Part shown: in pieces, positions 39,738 to 48,933 of the stretch
Position numbering within the stretch: the stretch's first letter is position 1
Layout: every line of letters begins with the position of its first letter
Assembly (NCBI GenBank): GCA_964533055.1
Contig: CAZHKZ010000002.1
Location: forward strand, 8,129-72,128
DNA: 64,000 bases
Source of the DNA: an uncultured Gammaproteobacteria bacterium
GTDB taxonomy: Bacteria > Patescibacteriota > Microgenomatia > Levybacterales > UBA12049
Direction of reading: 5' to 3'
Translations under genes and position numbers: made by a program
The notes under the pieces: model-generated
Seen by the model: the letters and a program-made list of their open reading frames with translations, nothing else
Databases searched by the model: none
Told to the model about the DNA's origin: nothing

Positions 39738-40421
39738 ATGAAAAGTCACGAAAAAAATACTTTTGAAGAAAAATACTTCCAAGGTTGGTACAAAGCGGCA
39801 GTTGGTAATTTTGAGCCAACCGATTTAAGAATAGCTAAGAATTGGTTTTGGGCATGGCTTAAAAAAATTGAACAGTATCTTCCATTACAAAATGGAAAAG
39901 GTAAATCTGTTCTGGAAATTGGCTGCTCAATCGGTGCAGTTGCAAACCTTTTAGTTGAGAAAGGATTTGATGTGACGGCAACAGACATTTCTAAATATGC
40001 GGTTAAGAATGCAGGAAAATTAACTCCAAAAGCGAAATTTAAAGTTCTCGATATTGAGAATATTGGTTCTATTTCTAAATTATATAATTACGTTATCTGT
40101 TTTGAGGTGGTGGAACATCTTGTACATCCTGAGAAGGGTATTAGCAATATGTATAAGCTTTTGAAGAAAAACGGGTTTGTAATTATTTCAACACCATATC
40201 CATATTCATGGAACTATGGAGATCCAACGCATATTAGTGTTAAATATCCTATTGAATGGGTGCTGCTGCTTAGAAACGCTGGTTTTAGAGATATAAAGTA
40301 TTATAAATTTACCCTTATTCCCTTTTTCTATAGATTTTCGAAGTATTTTCAAATTATTATTCCATTTCACATCCAGATTCCAAAACTAAATTGCCCTATA
40401 ATCTTTATTGCTAAAAAGTGA
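39738..40421 (+). CDS. Class I SAM-dependent methyltransferase
   Basis: 'VLEIGCSIG', 'ATDIS', 'FEVVEHL', 'ISTP', 'DPTHIS'. Start ATG 39738 or TTG 39723. Confidence 0.88.
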   Translation: MKSHEKNTFEEKYFQGWYKAAVGNFEPTDLRIAKNWFWAWLKKIEQYLPLQNGKGKSVLEIGCSIGAVANLLVEKGFDVTATDISKYAVKNAGKLTPKAKFKVLDIENIGSISKLYNYVICFEVVEHLVHPEKGISNMYKLLKKNGFVIISTPYPYSWNYGDPTHISVKYPIEWVLLLRNAGFRDIKYYKFTLIPFFYRFSKYFQIIIPFHIQIPKLNCPIIFIAKK

Positions 40422-43400
40422 AGAAGCAAACATATATTCACCTCCTCATTATTGTATCAATTGGTTTACTGCCACTGCTTTGGTTCACAAGTGGTACGTT
40501 AATTCTTGGGCATGATGCAGGTTTGCCATTTGACCCAATGACCCATTTTCTAGATAGGCTTTATGTCTGGACTCAGCGTTTTGGTATGGGATCAGACCAG
40601 AGTTCCGCATTGTTAGGAGCTGTTTTTATTCATGGAATAGAGGCTCTATTGAATCTACTTCCTATTTCTCTGCAGATGCAGCAGAAAATTCAGTTTGTTT
40701 TTTGGTTTACACTTCCTGGTATTACGATGTATATTTTTACATCAAAAATATGGCGAGAAAAGAAATATCTGCCAGTTGTAGCATCAATAATTTATATGCT
40801 GAACTACTACCTGCTACAGGGCTGGTTTATTGCTGAGAGGACTAAATTTTCGACATATGCTGCTCTACCATTAGTGATGTACTTCATATTAGTTTACTTG
40901 CAAAAAAAGATGAAGTTATTACCAGCTATTTTGGGAGCAGGGCTAACTCTGAGTATTTTGAATGGAGCCGGTAGTTTTCCCTTATATGGCGGATTATTGA
41001 TTGCAATCGGGATTAGTTATTTATTCATTTTATTTCTATCTCCTAATTTAAAGACACTTTTAAGGATATCCTACTTAAATGTAGGCGTTGGAGTAGTCTA
41101 TGTAATTTTAAATGCGTATTGGTTATTCCCATATCTTTCATATGTCACTAGTTTTTATGGTCGAGACCTGGCAATGGCCGGAGGACCAGATGGTGTATTA
41201 AATTGGGCATCCTATCTCACGCTTCACACAACATTTTTTAACCTTCTTTTCGGACAAGGTGTGCCGGACTGGTATTTGAACAAGTTTCATGCATATTCTG
41301 GAATCGTGTTGAGCAATTCATTTTTCTCTCTTTTTAGTGGATTACTATTACTATTCTTATCGATATCAGTAGTCGTCAAAAAATCTACTAAGGATAATTT
41401 TTATATTTTCCTTTTTTGGATTATAACTTTTGTCGCAATTATATTCTCAGCAGGACCAAGTTCTCCTTTTGGATTTATTTATGAGTTTTGCGTTAGGTAT
41501 GTTCCTGGTTTTGCCATGTTTAGAAGTTCTTATTACAAATTTAACTATGCAATGTGGTTTGGATTTAGTGTTTTGATCGCATTTTCTCTCGATCACATTT
41601 TGACATGGATTCACAAAACAATGAATACTAAGATTCTGGTAATTGTGTCTGCGTTATTATTCACTGGATATCTTGGGTATCACTATACAGTAATGACCGG
41701 AGGTTTTTTTGATTATAATCGTGAGCCAAATCATCAATTGAGTAATCGGATCACTGTCCCACAATATGTCTTCGATTTTGGTAAATGGGTGAATACACAG
41801 AATATTGATACTAGATATCTTATTTTGCCTGATATTAATGATTCAGGTTATATTTCATATAAGTGGGGATATTGGAGTTTGGCTACAATTAATAGTCTGC
41901 AAAACAGAAGTTCGTTTATTCAGAATAATTCATTAATGCCAGAGCGTGAACGTAGCGAAATTAAGCAGATGTCTCAGGCTCTTCTTAGTGGTGAGATAGA
42001 TAGTTTTCTAGATTATGCATCTCTTTTTGCAGTAGACAAAATTGTTCTTCAAAATGATGTTGACTGGGATAATTCATCTTGGATTTCTACCAATCCTGAA
42101 AATTATAGAAATATCATTGAGAGAAATAAAATCTTTAAGAAGGAACGGGAGTTTGGTAAATGGACTGTATATTCAATTGAAAATAGTAAAAGACTGCGTG
42201 TTTCAGCCTCGCCATCTGTTAGCTATCTTCAGGGCTCACTTCGAGATATAGTCTCTTTTAAGGACTTTGATGCTACAGTCCCACTCTATATTACAGGTGA
42301 ATCTGCACAGAAGGATTTATATTACTTGAATCAATCCAGCAACAAATATATCTCAGCAGATTGCATAGAGTGTGATGGTATTGAGACAGGTTACAAATTT
42401 GAATTTTTTAATCCAAAAATTTTGCCTAATTCACCTTTATATTTTCTTGTGAGGGAAAAGGAGGATAAAGTTGAAAAGAGTGCGAATGATTTTGAATCAA
42501 AAGTAAATTTCTACTTAACAACCGCTGATAGAAGAGCTATTGAAATTAAGTGGATGATGGATACAGGGGAGAAATCTGCCGTAGGCCCAACGATACTTCG
42601 TTATAAGAATAGTTTATCTTCACTTGAAAATTTAATTAATAAAGGTGGATCACCTTCTGATTTTGAGAAAAATAATTCTATTTTTCAGACAGTAAATGGC
42701 CATCTTCAAAAGCAACAAGAACTACTTGGATCTTTGGATGATGATTCAGTGCTTACTGAAGTATCTGGGAGATTAAACAAGCTTATCAGGACGACAGATA
42801 GATTAAAGTTTATAACCAGGCAGTTGAATCAGAAACGATTCATTATCAACGCTCCGATAGAGGACGTCTACAAGATATATGTAAAACACCCAAGTAACGA
42901 TTCGAAGTTAGACGTGCAATCGCCAATCTTGACCATAGACGGTGCCTCTCAGCTATTTGTAAGCCAAGAAGGTAGCTGGAGTAATTTTGGGGAGGTAGCC
43001 TTAAGTAAAGGTCAGCACAAGATCGAGCTAACTGAATCTACGATTAAGAATTTAGTAACAGAAAAAGCCACGTTTCCGTTCGGTGAGAGTGGGATTATGA
43101 GTAGTAATAATATACATACTTTTAATAACGCTAGTATAGGAAGGTGTATTGCCTTGCCTATTCCAGATCAGTCTGTAACAACTGATCAATCGTACCTAGT
43201 CTCATTTTCTTATAGAAATAATAATGGCCCGCTCGCATTAGTGGCTTTTGTAAGTCCAGATAAAAACCTCTCATCCCCCCATATTTTGGACACAAAGCTG
43301 AAGTCATCTAGTGAATGGTCATCATTTACCTATCTTGTGACACCTGCTGTAAAAAATACTACTTTCAATATTTGTAATCCAAATCAAGAGGGGGAGAAAG

Positions 43401-43840
43401 CCTCGAAGACTCGAGCCATAGCTGAAATATCACAAGTAAAGGTCGAGAGAATTACATATCCAAGTATTCTTTTGTTTAAAAAAAGAGATATCAGCGTGCT
43501 TGCAAATATAAAAACTTCCTATAAGAAGCTAGATCCAGTAACGTATAGCATAAGTACTTCAGGATCTACCGGGTCAGCCTCAATTGCAATGAGAGAGTAC
43601 TATGGTCAAAACTGGATTCTCTGTGATGAGAAGGAAATTTGCACATCCCCAAATGACAAATCGCATTTCGCGTCAGCAGGTTATGCAAATGGATGGTATT
43701 TTGAAGATGGGTTGTCGGGTAAGGTTACGCTTAGGTTTCAATCGCAGGGACTATATGTTAAAGGTGCCTTTTTGTCTATTATTGGCTATATAGTTTCAGC
43801 AATTATATTAATAATATGGAAAAGAAGAATAAAAAGTTAA
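40418..43840 (+). CDS. Large AftD/DUF3367-like GT-C membrane protein with extracellular domains
   Basis: 1140 aa. N-terminal multi-TM region ('LGHDAGLP', 'RLYVW', 'AMFRSSYYKF'), 'VPQYVFD', long soluble region, 'GYANGW', C-terminal TM. Confidence 0.68.
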   Translation: MKKQTYIHLLIIVSIGLLPLLWFTSGTLILGHDAGLPFDPMTHFLDRLYVWTQRFGMGSDQSSALLGAVFIHGIEALLNLLPISLQMQQKIQFVFWFTLPGITMYIFTSKIWREKKYLPVVASIIYMLNYYLLQGWFIAERTKFSTYAALPLVMYFILVYLQKKMKLLPAILGAGLTLSILNGAGSFPLYGGLLIAIGISYLFILFLSPNLKTLLRISYLNVGVGVVYVILNAYWLFPYLSYVTSFYGRDLAMAGGPDGVLNWASYLTLHTTFFNLLFGQGVPDWYLNKFHAYSGIVLSNSFFSLFSGLLLLFLSISVVVKKSTKDNFYIFLFWIITFVAIIFSAGPSSPFGFIYEFCVRYVPGFAMFRSSYYKFNYAMWFGFSVLIAFSLDHILTWIHKTMNTKILVIVSALLFTGYLGYHYTVMTGGFFDYNREPNHQLSNRITVPQYVFDFGKWVNTQNIDTRYLILPDINDSGYISYKWGYWSLATINSLQNRSSFIQNNSLMPERERSEIKQMSQALLSGEIDSFLDYASLFAVDKIVLQNDVDWDNSSWISTNPENYRNIIERNKIFKKEREFGKWTVYSIENSKRLRVSASPSVSYLQGSLRDIVSFKDFDATVPLYITGESAQKDLYYLNQSSNKYISADCIECDGIETGYKFEFFNPKILPNSPLYFLVREKEDKVEKSANDFESKVNFYLTTADRRAIEIKWMMDTGEKSAVGPTILRYKNSLSSLENLINKGGSPSDFEKNNSIFQTVNGHLQKQQELLGSLDDDSVLTEVSGRLNKLIRTTDRLKFITRQLNQKRFIINAPIEDVYKIYVKHPSNDSKLDVQSPILTIDGASQLFVSQEGSWSNFGEVALSKGQHKIELTESTIKNLVTEKATFPFGESGIMSSNNIHTFNNASIGRCIALPIPDQSVTTDQSYLVSFSYRNNNGPLALVAFVSPDKNLSSPHILDTKLKSSSEWSSFTYLVTPAVKNTTFNICNPNQEGEKASKTRAIAEISQVKVERITYPSILLFKKRDISVLANIKTSYKKLDPVTYSISTSGSTGSASIAMREYYGQNWILCDEKEICTSPNDKSHFASAGYANGWYFEDGLSGKVTLRFQSQGLYVKGAFLSIIGYIVSAIILIIWKRRIKS

Positions 43841-44211
43841 TAAATCAAAGTAATATTTTGATTAGAATCTTGTCTAAGGACAGCGTGCGACTATTGATCT
43901 TAGTCACTTTACTAGTGTTAACAATTATCTCAGGCAAGTTCCCCTACGTAAATCTGATTGCAAATCATTATTTCTATGGAATTGGAGTCGTGATGGTGCT
44001 TGCGTTGTTATTTTTTAAACAATACATTAATGAAAGGAGAAATAAGATTATACTAATTTGCGAAATTGTCATAGCAGTAATAGTCAAGATTATCGGGAAT
44101 CAACAGGTAGAAGATATAGTTGGTTTTATTTTATTCGTTACATTATTATTAATTGTAATACTTGGCATAGCATCGCAAAGAAGTAAGCTCGCTTTGTATT
44201 TGAAGAAATGA
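43816..44211 (+). CDS. Small (about 4-TM) hypothetical membrane protein
   Basis: 131 aa, hydrophobic, overlaps both neighbours; 'KFPYVNL'. Confidence 0.6.
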   Translation: MEKKNKKLINQSNILIRILSKDSVRLLILVTLLVLTIISGKFPYVNLIANHYFYGIGVVMVLALLFFKQYINERRNKIILICEIVIAVIVKIIGNQQVEDIVGFILFVTLLLIVILGIASQRSKLALYLKK

Positions 44212-46100
44212 ATACATTACTCAGGGGAGATTGGAGATTTTTTTGGCCAGAGAATCTCAATTATTTTATTGGATTTCCACAAGCATGGGATAGTAGTCTA
44301 AATACTGGCATTGGTCAGTCTGGAATCGCAACGCTTTGGATATCTGGATATCTTTATATAACTAATACATTGTCGCTACTAGGCCTATCTTGGACTATGA
44401 TCACATTGGTCTGTTGGATATTGCCAATTGTGTTGCTATGTTTTTTTGGTACCTACTCTCTCTTTAAGTATCTTTTTCCAGAACAGGGTAGATATGCATT
44501 TTTTGCAGGGATACTATACCTCTTTAATACCTATTTTCTATTAATTCTCTCAGGTGGACAGTTAGGCGTAGGATTAGCGTATTCAATATTTCCATTTACG
44601 ATATATTTCTTCCTAAAATTATTGGGGAACGTTTCAAGATATAATATTCTATGTTTTTCGTTAGTTTTCTCAGTACTTTTATTATTTGATTTGAGGTTTG
44701 CTTATATGTTCCTATTGGTTGCTCCAGTACTACTAATAGTTGGATTTAGAAAAGATTCAGTTAAATCCTATATTTACTCACTACCAATTATTGGAATAAT
44801 AGTTTTCCTTTTACATAGTTATTGGATAATTCCTTTGCAGATATTTAAGCCAACTGTAAATAAGGTTGTTTCTGGTGGTATTGAGGAGTTCAAATATTTT
44901 AGTTTTGCCGACTTCTCGCATGCATTAACATTTATTCATCCTAACTGGCCAAATAATATTTTTGGAAAAGTATCATTTCAAATTCCGCAATTTCTTCTCG
45001 TCCCATTATTAGCATTTTCCTCATATTTATTTCTTACAAAAAAGAATATGAAAAAGATTTTATGCTTAATGACTCTGCTATTTGTCGGTGTGTTTCTCGC
45101 AAAAGGTTCTACGGATCCGCTCCTCTTCGTAAATGATTTTATCTTTATGAATATTCCAGGAATGAGTCTATTTCGAGATCCAACAAAATTTTATGTATAT
45201 ATCTCAGTATCATTCTCTATGCTTCTTCCATTTGCTGCGTACCATATCTCCGAGTTGGTGGCTAAGAAATTCTCATCTGCAAGGCAATATCTTTTCTATA
45301 GCTTCATAATCGGTTGGTTATTATTACTTTTCTCTTCAGGGAATATAAAACTATTGCAATCATTTCTTCCAAGTCCTGTCCCTGATGACTATAGAGAGCT
45401 TACAAAATTTATTTCATCACAAGATCAGTCATTTAGAACATTTTGGGTGCCTCAGTGGCAAAGGTACGGATATTTTTCTCCAATTCATCCCGCTATAGGT
45501 AGAAATGAATTTATTGAAAATTCTTCTATATCATCTATTAAGAAATGGTTCGGACAGAAAGAAGCGGAGAAAACATTGATCGCTTCTGGAGTAAGATTCG
45601 TAATAGTCCCATTTGATTCTGAGAGTGAGATCTTTTTAACCGATAGGAAGTTCGATAAGAAAGTTTATCAAGATTTAGATACTTTCTTAAGTAAGGTCAC
45701 CTTCCTTGAAAATAGGCGCGCTTTTGGAAGGATAATTACCTATGAAGTCATAGATTCAAAGCCTAGAATTTGGGCGAACAATTCAAAGGTTAAGTTTTCA
45801 TACCTAGGTAATAACGGGTATTCACTAGAGGTAATGAATGGGAAAAAGGGAGAAACTATTCATTTTTCTGAAGGTTTTGACAATGGCTGGAGACTTATAG
45901 CTGATCAAGGAGAGGTAAATCCATTAAGGGATGGTAACTATTTTATGAAGTTTGAATTACCCAGTGATAGTGAGGAGCTAAAGTTGATTTATCGTCCTCA
46001 AAAACTTGTTGAAGTTCTCTCCATCATGAGTCTTGTCCTATTCATTGCTATGACATTCATTATCATAAGGGACAAAAAACTATTTAAATCTTCTAAGTAA
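44208..46100 (+). CDS. GT-C-like polytopic membrane protein (AftD/YfhO-related)
   Basis: 'GDWRF', 'LYLFNTY', 'VFLAKGS', 'SLFRDPTKF', 'VPDDY', 'FRTFWVP', 'FSEGFDNGW'. Confidence 0.7.
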   Translation: MNTLLRGDWRFFWPENLNYFIGFPQAWDSSLNTGIGQSGIATLWISGYLYITNTLSLLGLSWTMITLVCWILPIVLLCFFGTYSLFKYLFPEQGRYAFFAGILYLFNTYFLLILSGGQLGVGLAYSIFPFTIYFFLKLLGNVSRYNILCFSLVFSVLLLFDLRFAYMFLLVAPVLLIVGFRKDSVKSYIYSLPIIGIIVFLLHSYWIIPLQIFKPTVNKVVSGGIEEFKYFSFADFSHALTFIHPNWPNNIFGKVSFQIPQFLLVPLLAFSSYLFLTKKNMKKILCLMTLLFVGVFLAKGSTDPLLFVNDFIFMNIPGMSLFRDPTKFYVYISVSFSMLLPFAAYHISELVAKKFSSARQYLFYSFIIGWLLLLFSSGNIKLLQSFLPSPVPDDYRELTKFISSQDQSFRTFWVPQWQRYGYFSPIHPAIGRNEFIENSSISSIKKWFGQKEAEKTLIASGVRFVIVPFDSESEIFLTDRKFDKKVYQDLDTFLSKVTFLENRRAFGRIITYEVIDSKPRIWANNSKVKFSYLGNNGYSLEVMNGKKGETIHFSEGFDNGWRLIADQGEVNPLRDGNYFMKFELPSDSEELKLIYRPQKLVEVLSIMSLVLFIAMTFIIIRDKKLFKSSK

Positions 46101-46121
46101 TTTTGCGTTTATCAAATAGAA

Positions 46122-46130
46122 TGCTAAAAT
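46122..46130 (+). promoter_or_regulatory. Extended -10 (TGcTAAAAT), 6 nt before ATG 46137; TTGCGT 16 nt upstream
   Basis: tgctaaaat-agaagc-ATG. Confidence 0.55.
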
Positions 46131-46136
46131 AGAAGC

Positions 46137-47069
46137 ATGATCAGTATCGTAGTCCCCGTATATAATGAGGAGGAGAGTCTCCAGGCATTTTATGATGAGT
46201 TGATCCTTCGTATCCCATCGTTTACCAAATCATATGAGGTTATTTTTGTAGATGATGGATCAACTGATGACTCCTTGAATATTCTTAAGAAATTAGCTCA
46301 AAAAGATAAGAATGTTAAGATATTTTCTCTCAGAAAAAATAGTGGCAAGGCAGAGGCTCTGACATTAGGCTTTCAGATGGCTAAGGGAAATGCAATTGTT
46401 ACTCTAGATGCAGATCTTCAAGATCAACCAAAAGAAATTCAGAAGCTTCTTTCACTGCAAAAAAATGGCGTGGATGTTGTCTGTGGCTGGAGAAAAGATC
46501 GTAAAGATAAATCCAAGATGAAGGTGATCTCGAAGATCTTTAACCTTTTAGTGCGTAAAGTCTTTGACATAAATATTCATGATTATAATTGCGGAATGAA
46601 ACTCTATACCTCTGAGGCAGCAAAAAGCCTGAGGTTGTATGGTGGGATGCATAGATTTATCCCAATCCTTGTGAGTGAGCAAGGCTTTAGTGTTGATGAA
46701 ATGCCAATAGAGCATGTACAACGTATGTTTGGCAAATCTAAATACGGCTTTTCAAAGATCTTCAAAGATGTTCCCGATATGTTCACTATGATATTTCTGA
46801 TGAAGTATCGCAAGCAGCCACTCCATTTCTTTGGCGCTATTGGTGGCGCAGTTTTTTCAGGTGGATTCGTTATTTTGTCTTATCTCACGCTCATTAAGCT
46901 CTTTTCAGGACAGTCTATCGGCGGGAGACCCCTTCTCTTTCTAGGAGTACTTCTTGTTGTAGTAGGTATACAAATCTTCTTTACTGGATTTCTAGCAGAG
47001 TTGATTATAAATATTTCGCAGAGAAATAGGCCAATATTGCCTCTTCGTTATAGTACTGATTCTCAATGA
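46137..47069 (+). CDS. ArnC/GtrB-like GT2 (undecaprenyl-phosphate glycosyltransferase) with two C-terminal TMs
   Basis: 'ISIVVPVYNEEE', 'VDDGSTD', 'TLDADLQD', 'GWRKDRKD', 'HDYNCGMK', 'MHRFIP', 'GKSKYG', 'GFLAE'. Confidence 0.9.
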   Translation: MISIVVPVYNEEESLQAFYDELILRIPSFTKSYEVIFVDDGSTDDSLNILKKLAQKDKNVKIFSLRKNSGKAEALTLGFQMAKGNAIVTLDADLQDQPKEIQKLLSLQKNGVDVVCGWRKDRKDKSKMKVISKIFNLLVRKVFDINIHDYNCGMKLYTSEAAKSLRLYGGMHRFIPILVSEQGFSVDEMPIEHVQRMFGKSKYGFSKIFKDVPDMFTMIFLMKYRKQPLHFFGAIGGAVFSGGFVILSYLTLIKLFSGQSIGGRPLLFLGVLLVVVGIQIFFTGFLAELIINISQRNRPILPLRYSTDSQ

Positions 47070-47281
47070 AGCTTCAAGATATATTATTTCTCTTTATTGC
47101 TCTTCTCTTGCTACTTAGGGGAAGTTCGAAATTAGCAGGTTTATTTTCAATTGTCTGTATTGCGATATCAGGTATATTGTTTTATTTCTCTATATTCTTT
47201 ACAGCGCAAAGACTCACGATGTATGCCTGTGTTTTTGCCCTAATGTCTGTCATACTATTTATTATTAAGTTAAAAAAATAA
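47066..47281 (+). CDS. Small hydrophobic membrane protein (71 aa)
   Basis: ATGA-coupled to the ArnC-like gene and ends 1 nt before the next ATG; 2-3 TMs; 'MKLQD', 'FFTAQRL'. Confidence 0.62.
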   Translation: MKLQDILFLFIALLLLLRGSSKLAGLFSIVCIAISGILFYFSIFFTAQRLTMYACVFALMSVILFIIKLKK

Positions 47282-47282
47282 T

Positions 47283-47810
47283 ATGACAATTGGTATAGAT
47301 GTTTCACAGTTAGCATATCGGAATACTGGTGTTGCTAATTATCTCAAAAGCCTCCTGAACGCGCTGGTAAATGAGGACAATGATGTAAGGTACATCTTTT
47401 TTTTCTCAAGTCTACGTGGACAACTCGACGTATCAGATCTACCAAAAGGCCCGAACATTACTCTTAAGAAGTTTCCTTTCCCACCTGCGCTTCTTGCCCT
47501 TATTTGGAATAGGCTCCATATCCTGCCAATAGATTTGTTTATTGGTAAAGTCGATCTATTCTTGACATCAGACTGGACAGAGCCACCACTGAGAAACGGA
47601 AAAAAAGCGACAATACTTTATGACCTCATTGTCTATAAGAATCCAAATGAATCAGCAGATCTTATTGTTCAAAATCAGAAAAGAAAGCTACAATGGGTTA
47701 AGAAAGAGTCAGATCTAGTTTTTTGCATATCAGAGGCTACTAAGAATGACGCTCAAGAAGTACTGGGGATACATCCGGATAAAATGCATGTAATTTATCC
47801 AGGAATATAA
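47283..47810 (+). CDS. Stand-alone GT4 N-terminal (acceptor-binding) domain
   Basis: 'MTIGIDV...TGVANY', 'TILYDL', 'CISEATKND', ends at 'HVIYPGI*', the interdomain linker; no EGFG/ExxxG domain. Confidence 0.75.
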   Translation: MTIGIDVSQLAYRNTGVANYLKSLLNALVNEDNDVRYIFFFSSLRGQLDVSDLPKGPNITLKKFPFPPALLALIWNRLHILPIDLFIGKVDLFLTSDWTEPPLRNGKKATILYDLIVYKNPNESADLIVQNQKRKLQWVKKESDLVFCISEATKNDAQEVLGIHPDKMHVIYPGI

Positions 47811-47814
47811 AAGT

Positions 47815-48933
47815 ATGATAATTGGAATTGATGTAAATGAAGCAAATGTCGATCGAAAGGTTGGGATAAGTGAATATGTGTTCCAGCTTATGCGCCAGTT
47901 TAGCCATCTTGCATCAAAAGATATTGATTGGCAAGTCTATTTGAAGAATAACCCCTCAAAGGACTTCCCTGAGATGTCTGAGAAATGGGAATACAAAGTA
48001 TTTGGTCCTAAAAAATTCTGGACCCAATTTGCCCTTCCCCTAAAACTAGCTTTGACGAATAAAAAGCCAGATGTTTTTTTCTCACCAGGTCATTACTCTC
48101 CTCGATTCTCGCGAATTCCCAGAGTGATTTCTATCATGGATCTTGCTTTCCATCATTTTCCAGAGTATTTCACGACAAAGGATCTTGCCCAGCTTAAGTC
48201 GTGGACGAAATATTCCATACTTAAGGCAGATGCGATCATTACAATTAGCCAAGCAACTAAAGATGATATACTCAAGTTGTACGGTGTCAAAAGTGAAAAG
48301 GTTCACGTCGTTTATCCTGGAATTAAAGAAACTATGTCACTTGAGCCGCATATCTATCCTATGAAAGAATTAGAAAATAAATTTGGGATAACAAAGAAGT
48401 ATTTACTCTTTGTTGGTACTCTCCAGCCTCGTAAAAATATTAGACGCCTCATTGAAGCATTCTCAAAAGTTCATATAATCGATTCTGATTTGCAACTCGT
48501 TATTGTTGGAAGAAAAGGGTGGAAGTATGAAGAGATCCTTTCTGCTCCTGAGGAGTTTGGCGTGAAGGACTCTGTTGCGTTTCTAGATTTCGTCAAAGAT
48601 GAAGATCTCCAGATGCTTTATAAAGGAGCTCAGTGCTTTGTATGGCCTAGTCTATATGAGGGTTTTGGACTGCCAGTGCTTGAAGCAATGCAGTATGGAT
48701 GTCCAGTTATCACGAGCAATATTTCAAGTCTTCCAGAAGCGGGTGGAGATGCTGCTATCTATGTTGATCCTGAGAATGTCGATGATATTTCAGAGAAAAT
48801 TAAGAAAGTCTTGGAGGATAAAGAGCTGCGAGAAAGTATGATTAAAAAAGGGTATCAGCAAGTGAAAAAATTTAGTTGGGAAAAGGCTGCCAAAGAGACA
48901 CTTGAGATTATTAAGGAAGTTGTAAAAAAATGA
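47815..48933 (+). CDS. GT4 glycosyltransferase (MtfB-like)
   Basis: 'VGTLQPRKNI', 'PSLYEGFGLPVLEAMQYGCPVI', 'SSLPEAGGDA', 'FSWEK'. Confidence 0.93.
   Translation: MIIGIDVNEANVDRKVGISEYVFQLMRQFSHLASKDIDWQVYLKNNPSKDFPEMSEKWEYKVFGPKKFWTQFALPLKLALTNKKPDVFFSPGHYSPRFSRIPRVISIMDLAFHHFPEYFTTKDLAQLKSWTKYSILKADAIITISQATKDDILKLYGVKSEKVHVVYPGIKETMSLEPHIYPMKELENKFGITKKYLLFVGTLQPRKNIRRLIEAFSKVHIIDSDLQLVIVGRKGWKYEEILSAPEEFGVKDSVAFLDFVKDEDLQMLYKGAQCFVWPSLYEGFGLPVLEAMQYGCPVITSNISSLPEAGGDAAIYVDPENVDDISEKIKKVLEDKELRESMIKKGYQQVKKFSWEKAAKETLEIIKEVVKK

Noticed and set aside
35846-40421. The two methyltransferases as DNA (restriction-modification) methylases
   Set aside because: They lack DPPY/NPPY or PC motifs; they have small-molecule class I motifs (xxEH) and sit among glycosyltransferases, so glycan O-methylation is more likely.
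29808-47069. A canonical arnBCADTEF lipid A modification operon
   Set aside because: ArnB-, ArnC- and ArnT-like genes are present but scattered; no ArnA formyltransferase, ArnD or ArnE/F was recognised, and a GNAT is present instead, so arn gene symbols were not assigned.
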